Assembly: GCF_001543895.1 (NCBI RefSeq)
Contig: NZ_JYIJ01000011.1
Coordinates: 146,593-170,592, forward strand
DNA length: 24,000 nucleotides
Direction of reading: 5' to 3'
Source: Carbonactinospora thermoautotrophica
GTDB taxonomy: Bacteria; Actinomycetota; Actinomycetes; Streptomycetales; Carbonactinosporaceae
The translations under genes and the position numbers were made by a program. The notes beneath the pieces are model-generated. The model was not told where the DNA came from. It worked only from the letters and a program-made list of their open reading frames with translations, and ran no database searches. Below are positions 7,942-15,552 of this stretch, piece by piece (position 1 is the stretch's first letter; the number at the start of each line of letters is the position of its first letter).

Positions 7942-8169
7942 GACCTGCCCGTCTGCGGTCTCGGGGGTCCGCGGCCGGCGTCATACCGTAACCGCTTTTG
8001 GTTGGACCGAAACCGTAGAAGGGTCAGACCATCGATGTCAATGGGTTGAACCAAGTTACAAGAATTTAAACCGAAACTCTTGAAACTCGCCTACCACGAG
8101 TGCCACCATCCCCGGCAATCGCGCTTCCGCGGGCCCGCGCACCATACCCCAACGGAGGTATCGGCCACC
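7942..8169. promoter_or_regulatory. Divergent promoter/operator region between the BMC operon and the permease gene
   Basis: 228-bp intergenic gap containing the only AT-rich patch in the locus (ccaagttacaagaatttaaaccgaaactcttgaaact). It holds the palindromes GGTCAGACC (8022-8030) and GGTTGAACC (8044-8052) and the direct repeat ACCGAAAC (8006-8013, 8070-8077). Confidence 0.6.
8022..8040. promoter_or_regulatory. Candidate GntR/HutC operator (minus-strand reading TGACATCGATGGTCTGACC)
   Basis: It shares TGAC-N5-TGGTC-N2-ACC with the 912-930 site. It contains a GGTC-N-GACC palindrome, the core type used by HutC-family regulators such as DasR. Confidence 0.35.
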
Positions 8170-9705
8170 GTGAGCACCACAGAGGAACGTATCTCCACCG
8201 CCACCGCGACGACCCCCGATGTTCAGCGGCTACGCAAGGGCGCGGTCGGCATGGTCGGCGTCATCTTCATGGCCGTGGCGACGGCCGCGCCCATCACCGC
8301 CATGGTCGGGAACGTGCCGGTCGCGGTCGGCTACGGCAACGGCATCGGGGCGCCGGCCGGCTACCTCATCGCCACCGTCGTGCTGACCGTCTTCTCGGTC
8401 GGCTACGTCGCGATGGCTCGGCACATCACCGCGACCGGGGCGTTCTACGGCTACGTCTCACACGGGCTCGGCCAAGTCGTCGGCATGATCGCCGGGCTGC
8501 TGGCCGCCCTCTCCTACATCGTGTTCGAGGCTGCGCTGGTCGGGATCTTCTCGTACTTCGCCCACAACACGGTCCGCGACCTGCTCGGCCTCAACGTCCA
8601 CTGGCTCGTGTTCGCCCTGCTCATGCTGGGCGTGAACGCGGCGCTCACGTACTTTGACATCACCCTCACCGAGCGGGTGCTCGGCCTCTTCTTGCTCACC
8701 GAGATCGCGATGCTCAGCCTCATGGCGGTCGCGGTCCTCGTGCACGGCGGCGGCCCCGACGGCCTCGCCGTGTCCGCGCTCAACCCGCTGAACGGCCTGC
8801 GGCCCGCCACCAGCGTGGCCGGCGCGTCGGCCACGCTCGGCCTGTTCATGGCCTTCTGGTCGTGGGTGGGCTTCGAGTCGACCGCGATGTACGGGGAGGA
8901 GTCCCGCGACCCCAAGCGGATCATCCCGCGCGCCACCCTGCTCGCGGTGGTCGGGATCGGCATCTTCTACGTGTTCGTCTCGTGGATGGCGATCGCCGCC
9001 AACGGCCTGCACCAGTCGGTCGCGATCGCGGGAGGGAAGGACCCGAGCCAGCTGTTCTTCGCGCCCACCGAGCGGCTGGTCGGCCACTGGGCCGTCGTGA
9101 TGTTCGAGATCCTGCTCGTGACCGGGTCGTACGCCTGCGGCATGGCGTTCCACAACTGCGCCGCCCGCTACCTGTACGCGATCGGCCGGGAGAACCTCAT
9201 CCCCGGCACCGGCCACACGCTCGGCGCCACCCACCCCCGGTACCGCTCGCCGTACGTCGCCGGGTTCACCCAGACCGCCATCGCCACCACGCTTGTGCTG
9301 CTGTTCTGGGTGACCGGCAAGGACCCCTACCTGGAGCTGTACGTGCTGCTCGCCATCCTCGGCACCATGGCGATCCTAATCGTACAGAGCCTGTGCTCGT
9401 TCGCCGTGATCGGGTACTTCCACGTGCGCCGCAAACACCCCGAGACCCGCAGCGTCTGGCGCACCCTCCTCGCCCCGTTGCTCGGCGGGGTCGGGATGAT
9501 CTACATCATCGTGCTGCTGTTCCAGAACCAGCAGACGGCGGCCGGGGCGGCGTCCAAGGACCTGCTCTTCAAGCTCATCCCCTACATCGTGCTCGGCACC
9601 GCCGCGCTCGGCGCCGGCCTCGCCCTGTACCTGCGCGCGCGGCGGCCGGACAAGTACGAGATCATCGGCCGGATCGTGCTCGAAGACACCATCGAGCGGG
9701 ACTGA
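8170..9705 (+). CDS. APC-superfamily amino acid/amine permease (probable substrate importer for the BMC pathway)
   Basis: ORF 8080..9705 (TTG). About 12 hydrophobic segments with a typical APC N-terminus 'LRKGAVGMVGVIFMAVATAAPITAM'. The GTG at 8170 is preferred because GGAGG lies at 8154-8158. The start is uncertain. Confidence 0.85.
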   Translation: MSTTEERISTATATTPDVQRLRKGAVGMVGVIFMAVATAAPITAMVGNVPVAVGYGNGIGAPAGYLIATVVLTVFSVGYVAMARHITATGAFYGYVSHGLGQVVGMIAGLLAALSYIVFEAALVGIFSYFAHNTVRDLLGLNVHWLVFALLMLGVNAALTYFDITLTERVLGLFLLTEIAMLSLMAVAVLVHGGGPDGLAVSALNPLNGLRPATSVAGASATLGLFMAFWSWVGFESTAMYGEESRDPKRIIPRATLLAVVGIGIFYVFVSWMAIAANGLHQSVAIAGGKDPSQLFFAPTERLVGHWAVVMFEILLVTGSYACGMAFHNCAARYLYAIGRENLIPGTGHTLGATHPRYRSPYVAGFTQTAIATTLVLLFWVTGKDPYLELYVLLAILGTMAILIVQSLCSFAVIGYFHVRRKHPETRSVWRTLLAPLLGGVGMIYIIVLLFQNQQTAAGAASKDLLFKLIPYIVLGTAALGAGLALYLRARRPDKYEIIGRIVLEDTIERD

Positions 9706-9881
9706 CCCCGGGTATCCCCGCGCTGTAGCACTGCGACGTCCAGGCGCTCGCCCGGCGTCCTCGGCGAACTCGGCGTCGGCTTCCGGACCGTCCGGGCCGG
9801 CGCCGAGGCCCGCGACCCGGGCTGGGCGCCGGGCCTGATCCGGCGCTGGTCGCTGCGGCCGGTCCGGGGCTCGCCGTCATC

Positions 9882-10514
9882 GTGTGGGTCGGGTACCGGG
9901 CGCCGAAGCTTCCGGGAGTCGCTGCGGCACGCGCCGAGCTGGCCCGGGCCGGGGCGGCGAGCCTGGCCCGCTTCGTCCACGGCCTGGCCGTAGCCGGTCG
10001 GCCGGTGAGCGTGCTGTTCTGCCACAGTTACGGCTCGGTGGTCTGCGCTCTCGCGGTCCGCGACGTGCACGTCACGGACCTGGTCGTCTACGGAAGCCCC
10101 GGGATGCGCGCCCGGTCCGTCGCCGCACTCGGGACGCCGGCCCACGTCTGGGCGGCCCGGTCGGCCGGCGACTGGATTGAGTGGGTGCCACACGTGACGT
10201 TCCTCGGCTTCGGCCACGGCCCCGACCCGGTCGCCCCAGCCTTCGGCGCGCGGGTCATCAATGCGTCTGGCGCCCATGGGCACGGCGGATACTTCGTCCC
10301 CGGCACGGTGTCCTTGCGCAACTTCGCTCTCATCGCCCTGGGCCGCTACGCGGACGTGACCTGTATGCCCGGCGCAGCCTGCCTTGCCGGGCTGGCCCAC
10401 GCGCCCACCGCCGGTCACGCCACGATCCGCCCGAAGCCCAGACGTAGGGCCTGGTCCCAGAACCTACGGCCGGGCAGGTACCGGCCATCGCCGGATGCGC
10501 GGCACCCCTTTTGA
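9882..10514 (+). pseudogene. 5'-truncated alpha/beta hydrolase fragment (DUF1023/Abhydrolase_8-like)
   Basis: The 'WVGYRAP', nucleophile-elbow-like 'CHSYGS', 'VYGSPG' and 'GHGGYF' blocks match my recollection of the DUF1023 hydrolase family. The N-terminal part of the domain is absent. The frame is open only back to 9729, and those codons are Arg-rich nonsense. Confidence 0.5.
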
Positions 10515-10568
10515 GCGCGAGCCTGGTGCTTGGCCCCGCGACACGACTCGCGCCCTGGAGGTGCCACG

Positions 10569-11300
10569 ATGACCGACCTACTCGACCCGATGCCCGAGGA
10601 CTGGCAGCGTTGCCTGGCGATCGCGGCACACCCGGATGATCTGGAATACGGCGCTTCCGGGGCGGTCGCCGTCTGGACGGGCGCGGGCCGCGAGGTGTCG
10701 TACGTGCTGGTCACCCGGGGCGAAGCGGGCATCGACGGGATGACGCCCGCGCAGGCCGCGGTGGTACGGGAGGAGGAGCAACGCGCGAGCGCCGCGGTGG
10801 TGGGGGTGCGAAACGTGGAGTTCCTCGACCACCGCGACGGGGTCATCGAGCCCGGGCTGGCGCTGCGCCGCGACCTCGCCGCGGCGATCCGGCGGTACCG
10901 CCCGGAGCTGGTCGTCACCCTCAACCATCACGACTACTGGGGCCAGGGAGGGTGGAACAGCGCGGACCACCGGGTCGTCGGCCGCGCGGTGCTCGACGCC
11001 GTCGCCGACGCCGGGAACCGGTGGGTCTTCCCGGAGTTGGCCGAAGCCGGCCTGGAACCCTGGGACGGGGTGCGCTGGGTCGCGGTGGCGGGCTCGCCGC
11101 AGGCGACACACGCGGTGGACGTCTCCGCCACCCTGGACCGGGCCGTCGCCTCGCTGGCCGCCCACCACGCGTACCTCGCCGCGCTCGGGGACGAACCCCC
11201 TGAACAGCAGGCCCGCGCGTTCGTCAGCCGCACCACCACGCAGGCCGCCGCGCGGTTCGGCGGCCAGCCCGCGGTCACGTTCGAACTCCTCGCCCGGTGA
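10569..11300 (+). CDS. PIG-L/LmbE-family N-acetylglucosaminyl deacetylase
   Basis: The '[16 protein letters not shown]' (AHPDD) motif, 'VTRGEAG' and 'HxDH'-type 'NSADHRVVG'. The ATG at 10569 follows GGAGGTG. Confidence 0.85.
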   Translation: MTDLLDPMPEDWQRCLAIAAHPDDLEYGASGAVAVWTGAGREVSYVLVTRGEAGIDGMTPAQAAVVREEEQRASAAVVGVRNVEFLDHRDGVIEPGLALRRDLAAAIRRYRPELVVTLNHHDYWGQGGWNSADHRVVGRAVLDAVADAGNRWVFPELAEAGLEPWDGVRWVAVAGSPQATHAVDVSATLDRAVASLAAHHAYLAALGDEPPEQQARAFVSRTTTQAAARFGGQPAVTFELLAR

Positions 11301-11625
11301 CCCGGAAGGCAGCAGGGGCGGGACCCGTGACGGACCCGCTCGAGCTCCTTCGACCGCTTCGCCGACAAGGACGAGGCGGCCAGGCCAAGCTCCATCGAAC
11401 TCCTGACCGGCCTGTGCGGCCGCGCGCTCGAAGCGGGCCCTGGGAACGCTTCCCGCGTTAAGCGGTCTTGGTGAAGCCAGGTGTGCAGACAGTGGCGGGG
11501 AGGATGTTTCGTCATGCCCGGACTGCTACGGGTGGCGGCCCGTTCGGGCCTACACGACGACGTCGCGGCCGCCGTCGGCGAAGCACTGCCACGGCACGTC
11601 GCCAGCCTGCGGCGATCCGCACCGA

Positions 11626-11657
11626 CATGACCGCTTAGCCGCATGACCGCTTAGCCG
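11626..11657. repeat. Perfect 16-bp tandem duplication (catgaccgcttagccg x2) 31 bp upstream of the MFS start codon
   Basis: Read directly from the sequence. Confidence 0.95.
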
Positions 11658-11687
11658 CGCGGCCGAGGGGGTAGGCTCGCGGGCGAA

Positions 11688-13190
11688 GTGACCGAAGCAA
11701 CGGCCGCGCCGCGCTACGCCAGCTCGGCCGGCCGGTGGGTGATCGCAGCGACCGTTCTGGGCTCGGGCATGGCCGCCCTGGACGCGACGGTCGTCGGTAT
11801 CGCGCTGCCGACGCTCGGCCGCGACTTCCACGCCGGCTTCGAGGCCCTGCAGTGGGTCGTGACCGGCTACGCGCTCACGCTCGCCGCGCTGCTGCTGCTC
11901 GGAGGAGCGCTGGGTGACCGGTACGGGCGGCGACGAGTCTTCATCGTGGGGACCCTGTGGTTCGCGGCCGCGTCCCTGCTCTGCGGGGTCGCGCCGAACG
12001 TAGCGGTGCTCATCGCGGCCCGGGCACTCCAAGGCGTCGGAGGGGCGCTGCTCACCCCGGGCAGCCTCGCCATCCTGCAGGCGTCGTTCCAGCCCGCCGA
12101 CCGGCCGAAAGCCATCGGCGCGTGGTCCGGCCTCGGCGGCGTCGCCACCGCCGTCGGCCCGTTCCTCGGCGGCTACCTCATCGCGGCGGCGTCGTGGCGG
12201 CTCATCTTCCTCATCAACCTCCCGGTGGCGGCGCTCGTCGTCGCGGTCGCCGTGCGGCATGTCCCCGAGACCCGCGACGCGACAGCTCCGTCGCGCCTCG
12301 ACGTACCCGGCGCAGCCCTCGCGGTCATCGGGCTCGGCGGGCTCACCTACGGCCTGATCGAGGGGCCCGTGCGCGGATGGGCCAGCCCAAGCACGCTGGC
12401 CGCCCTAGCTCTTGGTGTCACGGGGCTTGTTGCCTTCGTCGTGGTGGAGGCGCGCTCGCCCGCGCCGATGCTGCCGCTCGGCATCTTCCGCTCCGGGCAG
12501 TTCAGCGCGGCTAACATCGTGACCTTCGCGGTGTACAGCGCTCTCGGCGGCGCCCTCTTCCTGCTGCCGATCCAGCTGCAGCAGGTCGCCCACTACACCC
12601 CGCTAGCGGCGGGGGCCGCCCTGCTTCCCGTCACGGCGATCATGCTGCTGCTCTCGTCCCGCTCGGGCGCGCTCGCCGTCCGGATCGGCCCCCGCCTCCA
12701 GATGAGCCTCGGGCCGGTGATCAGCGCCATCGGGCTCGCCCTGCTCGCCCGGGTCGACGCCGACAGCGGGTACGTCACCGAGGTGCTGCCCGCGATGACG
12801 GTCTTCGGCTTCGGGCTCGCCACGACCGTCGCCCCCCTCACCTGGACCGTGTTGGAGTCCGCCCCGGCGGAGCACGCCGGCGTCGCATCCGGGATCAACA
12901 ACGCCGTGGCCCGGGCCGCCGGCCTGATCGCGGTCGCGGTCCTGCCGGCCGCCGCCGGCATCACCCGCGAGGACTACCTGGACCCGGCCGCGTTCACCAC
13001 GGGCTTCCGGGTGGCCGTGTTGATCGCCGCCGCCACGTGCGCGCTCGGCGGCCTGCTCGCCGCGGTCACCATCCGCCGGCCGCTCGAAGGCGTACCGCCG
13101 CCGCGCCGGCCTTGGCTGGAGACCCACTGCGCCCTCGACGCGCCGCCGCTTCGCGGCCACCACGTGCTCACCCGCAAGGAGGCACCATGA
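11688..13190 (+). CDS. MFS transporter, DHA2/EmrB-like drug:H+ antiporter family
   Basis: 500 aa. 'LDATVVGIALPTLGRDF', 'GALGDRYGRRRVFIVG' (MFS motif A) and 'RALQGVGGALLTPGSLAIL'. The number of hydrophobic segments is consistent with 14 TMS. GTG start. Confidence 0.9.
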   Translation: MTEATAAPRYASSAGRWVIAATVLGSGMAALDATVVGIALPTLGRDFHAGFEALQWVVTGYALTLAALLLLGGALGDRYGRRRVFIVGTLWFAAASLLCGVAPNVAVLIAARALQGVGGALLTPGSLAILQASFQPADRPKAIGAWSGLGGVATAVGPFLGGYLIAAASWRLIFLINLPVAALVVAVAVRHVPETRDATAPSRLDVPGAALAVIGLGGLTYGLIEGPVRGWASPSTLAALALGVTGLVAFVVVEARSPAPMLPLGIFRSGQFSAANIVTFAVYSALGGALFLLPIQLQQVAHYTPLAAGAALLPVTAIMLLLSSRSGALAVRIGPRLQMSLGPVISAIGLALLARVDADSGYVTEVLPAMTVFGFGLATTVAPLTWTVLESAPAEHAGVASGINNAVARAAGLIAVAVLPAAAGITREDYLDPAAFTTGFRVAVLIAAATCALGGLLAAVTIRRPLEGVPPPRRPWLETHCALDAPPLRGHHVLTRKEAP

Positions 13191-13249
13191 ACGCCGCCTG
13201 ATGACGGGGCCTGTGGCCAGGCAATGGCTCTCGCCGCATGGAAAAGACC

Positions 13250-13490
13250 ATGGGCGGCCGCGTGCGGCGCGGCAGGGATGTCCATCTCGTCCTACTATGA
13301 GGGGAAGACACCAGAACAGCAAGAACCCCGTGGAGCCGAGCGGGAGCCACTGGCCGAGATCCACACAACCACATCGAGTCCGAGGGCACCTACGGGCTGC
13401 TGCGCACGACGACCGAACAGCTCTACCGAGCACGGCACGTGAACCCCAAGCGGTGGAGCGGCTCATGCGCATGACGCGGAGCATGCACGA
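13250..13490 (+). mobile_element. Degenerate IS3-family transposase (OrfB N-terminal region) remnant with at least two frameshifts and no DDE domain
   Basis: Three frames together read '...CGAAGMSISSYYEGKTPEQ..RGAEREPLAEIH' / 'IESEGTYGLLRTTTEQL...HVNPKR' / 'VERLMRMTRS'. This parallels the IS3 OrfB pattern LGVSRSGYYxWK...R..L...I...H.ES.GTYG.PR....L......V..KRV.RLMR. GC is locally lower. Confidence 0.5.
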
Positions 13491-13659
13491 CGGCGACGGA
13501 CACGACCAGCACCACGACTCCAGCGAGTCGCCCGACCACACCACCGTCCGCTGACGCTCTCCCGCTGGGGGCACTGCGGACAGGCCGGCGGGTGCGCTGG
13601 CCCACCTCGACAGGCTGGCGTGTTGATCAAGCCAGCATCAAGAAAGGAAGTGCGTGGTC

Positions 13660-14451
13660 ATGGGCATTGCTCGTCGCCTAGCTCTGCTGTTTCGGATGAA
13701 GGCGGACGAAGCCCTCGATCGTGCGGAAGACCCGCGCGAGGTGCTGGACTACTCCTACGAACGCCAGCTGGAGATGCTGACCAAGGTGCGCCGGGGCGTG
13801 GCCGACGTGGTCACCAGCCGTAAGCGCCTTGAGCTGCAGCTCGGCCAGCTGCGGCAGGCCGCCGACCGGCTCCAGACGCAGGCCCGGCAGGCCGTCGACG
13901 CGGGCCGGGACGACCTGGCCCGGGAAGCGCTGACCCGACGGTCGGCCGCGCTGACCCAGATGGCCGCCATCGCAGCCCAGCGGGACGCGTTGCAGGCCGA
14001 GGAGGACAAGCTCACCCTCGCCGCGCAGCGGCTGCAGGCCAGGGTGGAGGCGTTCCGGAGCCGCAAGGAGACCATCAGGGCCACCTACACCGCCGCCGAA
14101 GCGCGGACCCGCATCGGCGAAGCGGTCTCCGGCATCTCCGAGGAGATGGGCGACGTCGGCCTGGCCATGCAGAGGGCCGAGGACAAGACCGTGCAGATGC
14201 AGTCGCGCGCCGCGGCCCTCGACGAGCTGATCGCCTCCGGCGCTCTCGACGACGCCACGCTGCCGGCCGGGCAACGCGACGACATCCAGGCCGCGCTCGA
14301 CGCCGCCCGCGGCGACGCCGACATCGAACACCAGCTCACCGCGTTGAAGACCCAACCCGCCCTCACCGCACAACCCGCCCCAGCCGACAACGACCCCGAC
14401 GCGCCCCGGACCATCACCGGCACGCGCTCGACAGAAGAGGGCAAGCCGTGA
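13660..14451 (+). CDS. pspA: PspA/IM30 family membrane-stress protein
   Basis: A long coiled-coil with the family N-terminus 'GIARRLALLFRMKADEALDRAEDPREVLDYSYERQLEMLTKVRRGVADVVTSRKRLE'. The ATG at 13660 follows GAAAGGAAG. Confidence 0.9.
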   Translation: MGIARRLALLFRMKADEALDRAEDPREVLDYSYERQLEMLTKVRRGVADVVTSRKRLELQLGQLRQAADRLQTQARQAVDAGRDDLAREALTRRSAALTQMAAIAAQRDALQAEEDKLTLAAQRLQARVEAFRSRKETIRATYTAAEARTRIGEAVSGISEEMGDVGLAMQRAEDKTVQMQSRAAALDELIASGALDDATLPAGQRDDIQAALDAARGDADIEHQLTALKTQPALTAQPAPADNDPDAPRTITGTRSTEEGKP

Positions 14452-14624
14452 TCACCAGCATCCTGGGCGAGGGCCGGCACGCCGCGGCGCTCCAACAGCT
14501 TCTCGCCACCGTCCGCACCCTGGGTACCGCCGTGCCGCTCACCGTCTTTGACCTCGTCCTGCCCGGCGAGGGCGCCGGCCTGGAAGAGGGCGCCGCCTTG
14601 CTCGGCGACGAGAGTCCGGGTTGA
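14448..14624 (+). CDS. 58-aa mini-ORF coupled to pspA (PspAA-like, apparently shortened)
   Basis: It is not in the ORF track because it is under 60 aa. The GTG at 14448 overlaps the pspA stop as GTGA. It translates to VITSILGEGRHAAALQQLLATVRTLGTAVPLTVFDLVLPGEGAGLEEGAALLGDESPG and stops 4 nt before the htpX ATG. About 50 of 58 third codon positions are G/C. Confidence 0.5.
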   Translation: MITSILGEGRHAAALQQLLATVRTLGTAVPLTVFDLVLPGEGAGLEEGAALLGDESPG

Positions 14625-14628
14625 CCTC

Positions 14629-15552
14629 ATGCGTACCCGATTCCGGCCCGACCGGCAGCTGACGGCCCGCATGGTGTTCACCATGTTCCTGCTGGGCCTG
14701 GTGTATGTGGCGTTCGTCGCCGCGCTCATCGTCTTGATCAAGTCGGTGTTCGTCGTCGTGCTCATCGCCGGTGGGCTGCTGGCCGCGCAGTACTGGTTCT
14801 CCGACCGCATCGCCCTGTACGCCATGCGCGCCAAGGTCGTCACCCCGGAGGAGGAGCCGAGGCTGCACGGCGTCATCGACCGGCTCTGCGCCACCGCCGA
14901 CATGCCCAAACCACGGGTCGCCGTCGCCGACACCGACCTGCCCAACGCGTTCGCCACCGGGCGCAACACCCGCCGGGCGGTGGTGTGCGTGACGACCGGT
15001 CTCCTGCGGCGCCTCGACACTGCCGAACTGGAAGGCGTGTTGGCCCACGAGCTGTCCCACGTCGCCCACCGCGACGTGGTCGTGATGACCGTGGCGTCGT
15101 TCCTCGGCGTGCTGGCCGGGCTGGTGGCTCGTTTCGCGTTCTACTCCGGGCTGTTCGGCGGCCGTGGACGCCGCGACGGCAACGACAACAACGCCTACCT
15201 CGTCGTCCTGCTCGTCATGGTCGTCTCCGCGGTCGTGTACGCCGTCAGTTTCCTGCTGGTACGGGCGCTGTCGAGGTACCGGGAGCTGGCCGCCGACCGG
15301 TCCGGGGCGATGCTCACCGGCCGCCCCTCGGCGCTGGCGTCGGCGTTGACGAAGGTCAGCGGCGAGATGGCCCGGATCCCCACCCGCGACCTGCGGACAG
15401 CCGAGGCGTTCAACGCGTTCTTCTTCGCCCCCGCGCTCGGCTCCCGGGCCAGCCTGTCCACGCTGCTGTCCACCCACCCCACCTTGCAGCGGCGGCTGGA
15501 CCAGTTGGCCGCCATCTCCACCGAACTGGGAGGGCCAGCCCCGAACCCATGA
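14629..15552 (+). CDS. htpX: M48-family zinc metalloprotease HtpX
   Basis: 'LAHELSHVAHRD' (HExxH), TM helices around the catalytic domain and a C-terminal 'LSTHPTLQRRLDQL'. The internal ATG at 14629 (MRTRFRPDRQL) is preferred over the ORF-track start at 14548. Confidence 0.9.
   Translation: MRTRFRPDRQLTARMVFTMFLLGLVYVAFVAALIVLIKSVFVVVLIAGGLLAAQYWFSDRIALYAMRAKVVTPEEEPRLHGVIDRLCATADMPKPRVAVADTDLPNAFATGRNTRRAVVCVTTGLLRRLDTAELEGVLAHELSHVAHRDVVVMTVASFLGVLAGLVARFAFYSGLFGGRGRRDGNDNNAYLVVLLVMVVSAVVYAVSFLLVRALSRYRELAADRSGAMLTGRPSALASALTKVSGEMARIPTRDLRTAEAFNAFFFAPALGSRASLSTLLSTHPTLQRRLDQLAAISTELGGPAPNP

Noticed and set aside
2007-8049. Long plus-strand ORFs (2007..3554, 3524..4609, 4689..5846, 5219..6844, 6859..8049) across the BMC operon
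   Set aside because: All are antisense to minus-strand genes with clear domain signatures. Their products are low-complexity and Arg/Pro/Gly-rich, and their codon third positions follow the opposite-strand genes.
8080-8169. TTG start for the permease given by the ORF track
   Set aside because: The 30 extra codons (KLAYHECHHPRQSRF...) are not permease-like and there is no RBS. The GTG at 8170 has GGAGG upstream. The start remains uncertain.
9582-10418. 278-aa minus-strand ORF opposite the hydrolase fragment
   Set aside because: It has no recognisable motifs, and the plus-strand frame carries clear alpha/beta-hydrolase blocks. It is a shadow ORF.
11340-11480. Possible gene remnant reading 'FDRFADKDEAARPSSIELLTGLCGRALEAG' in the 390-bp gap upstream of the MFS gene
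   Set aside because: It looks protein-like but is short, has no start, and I cannot assign a family. It needs a translated database search before any call.
10934-12260. Minus-strand ORFs 10934..11644 and 11550..12260
   Set aside because: They are antisense to the PIG-L and MFS genes and extend into intergenic DNA. Their translations are low-complexity.
14085-15477. Minus-strand ORFs 14085..15020 and 14539..15477 opposite pspA/htpX
   Set aside because: They are shadow ORFs; the plus-strand genes carry unambiguous PspA and HExxH M48 signatures.
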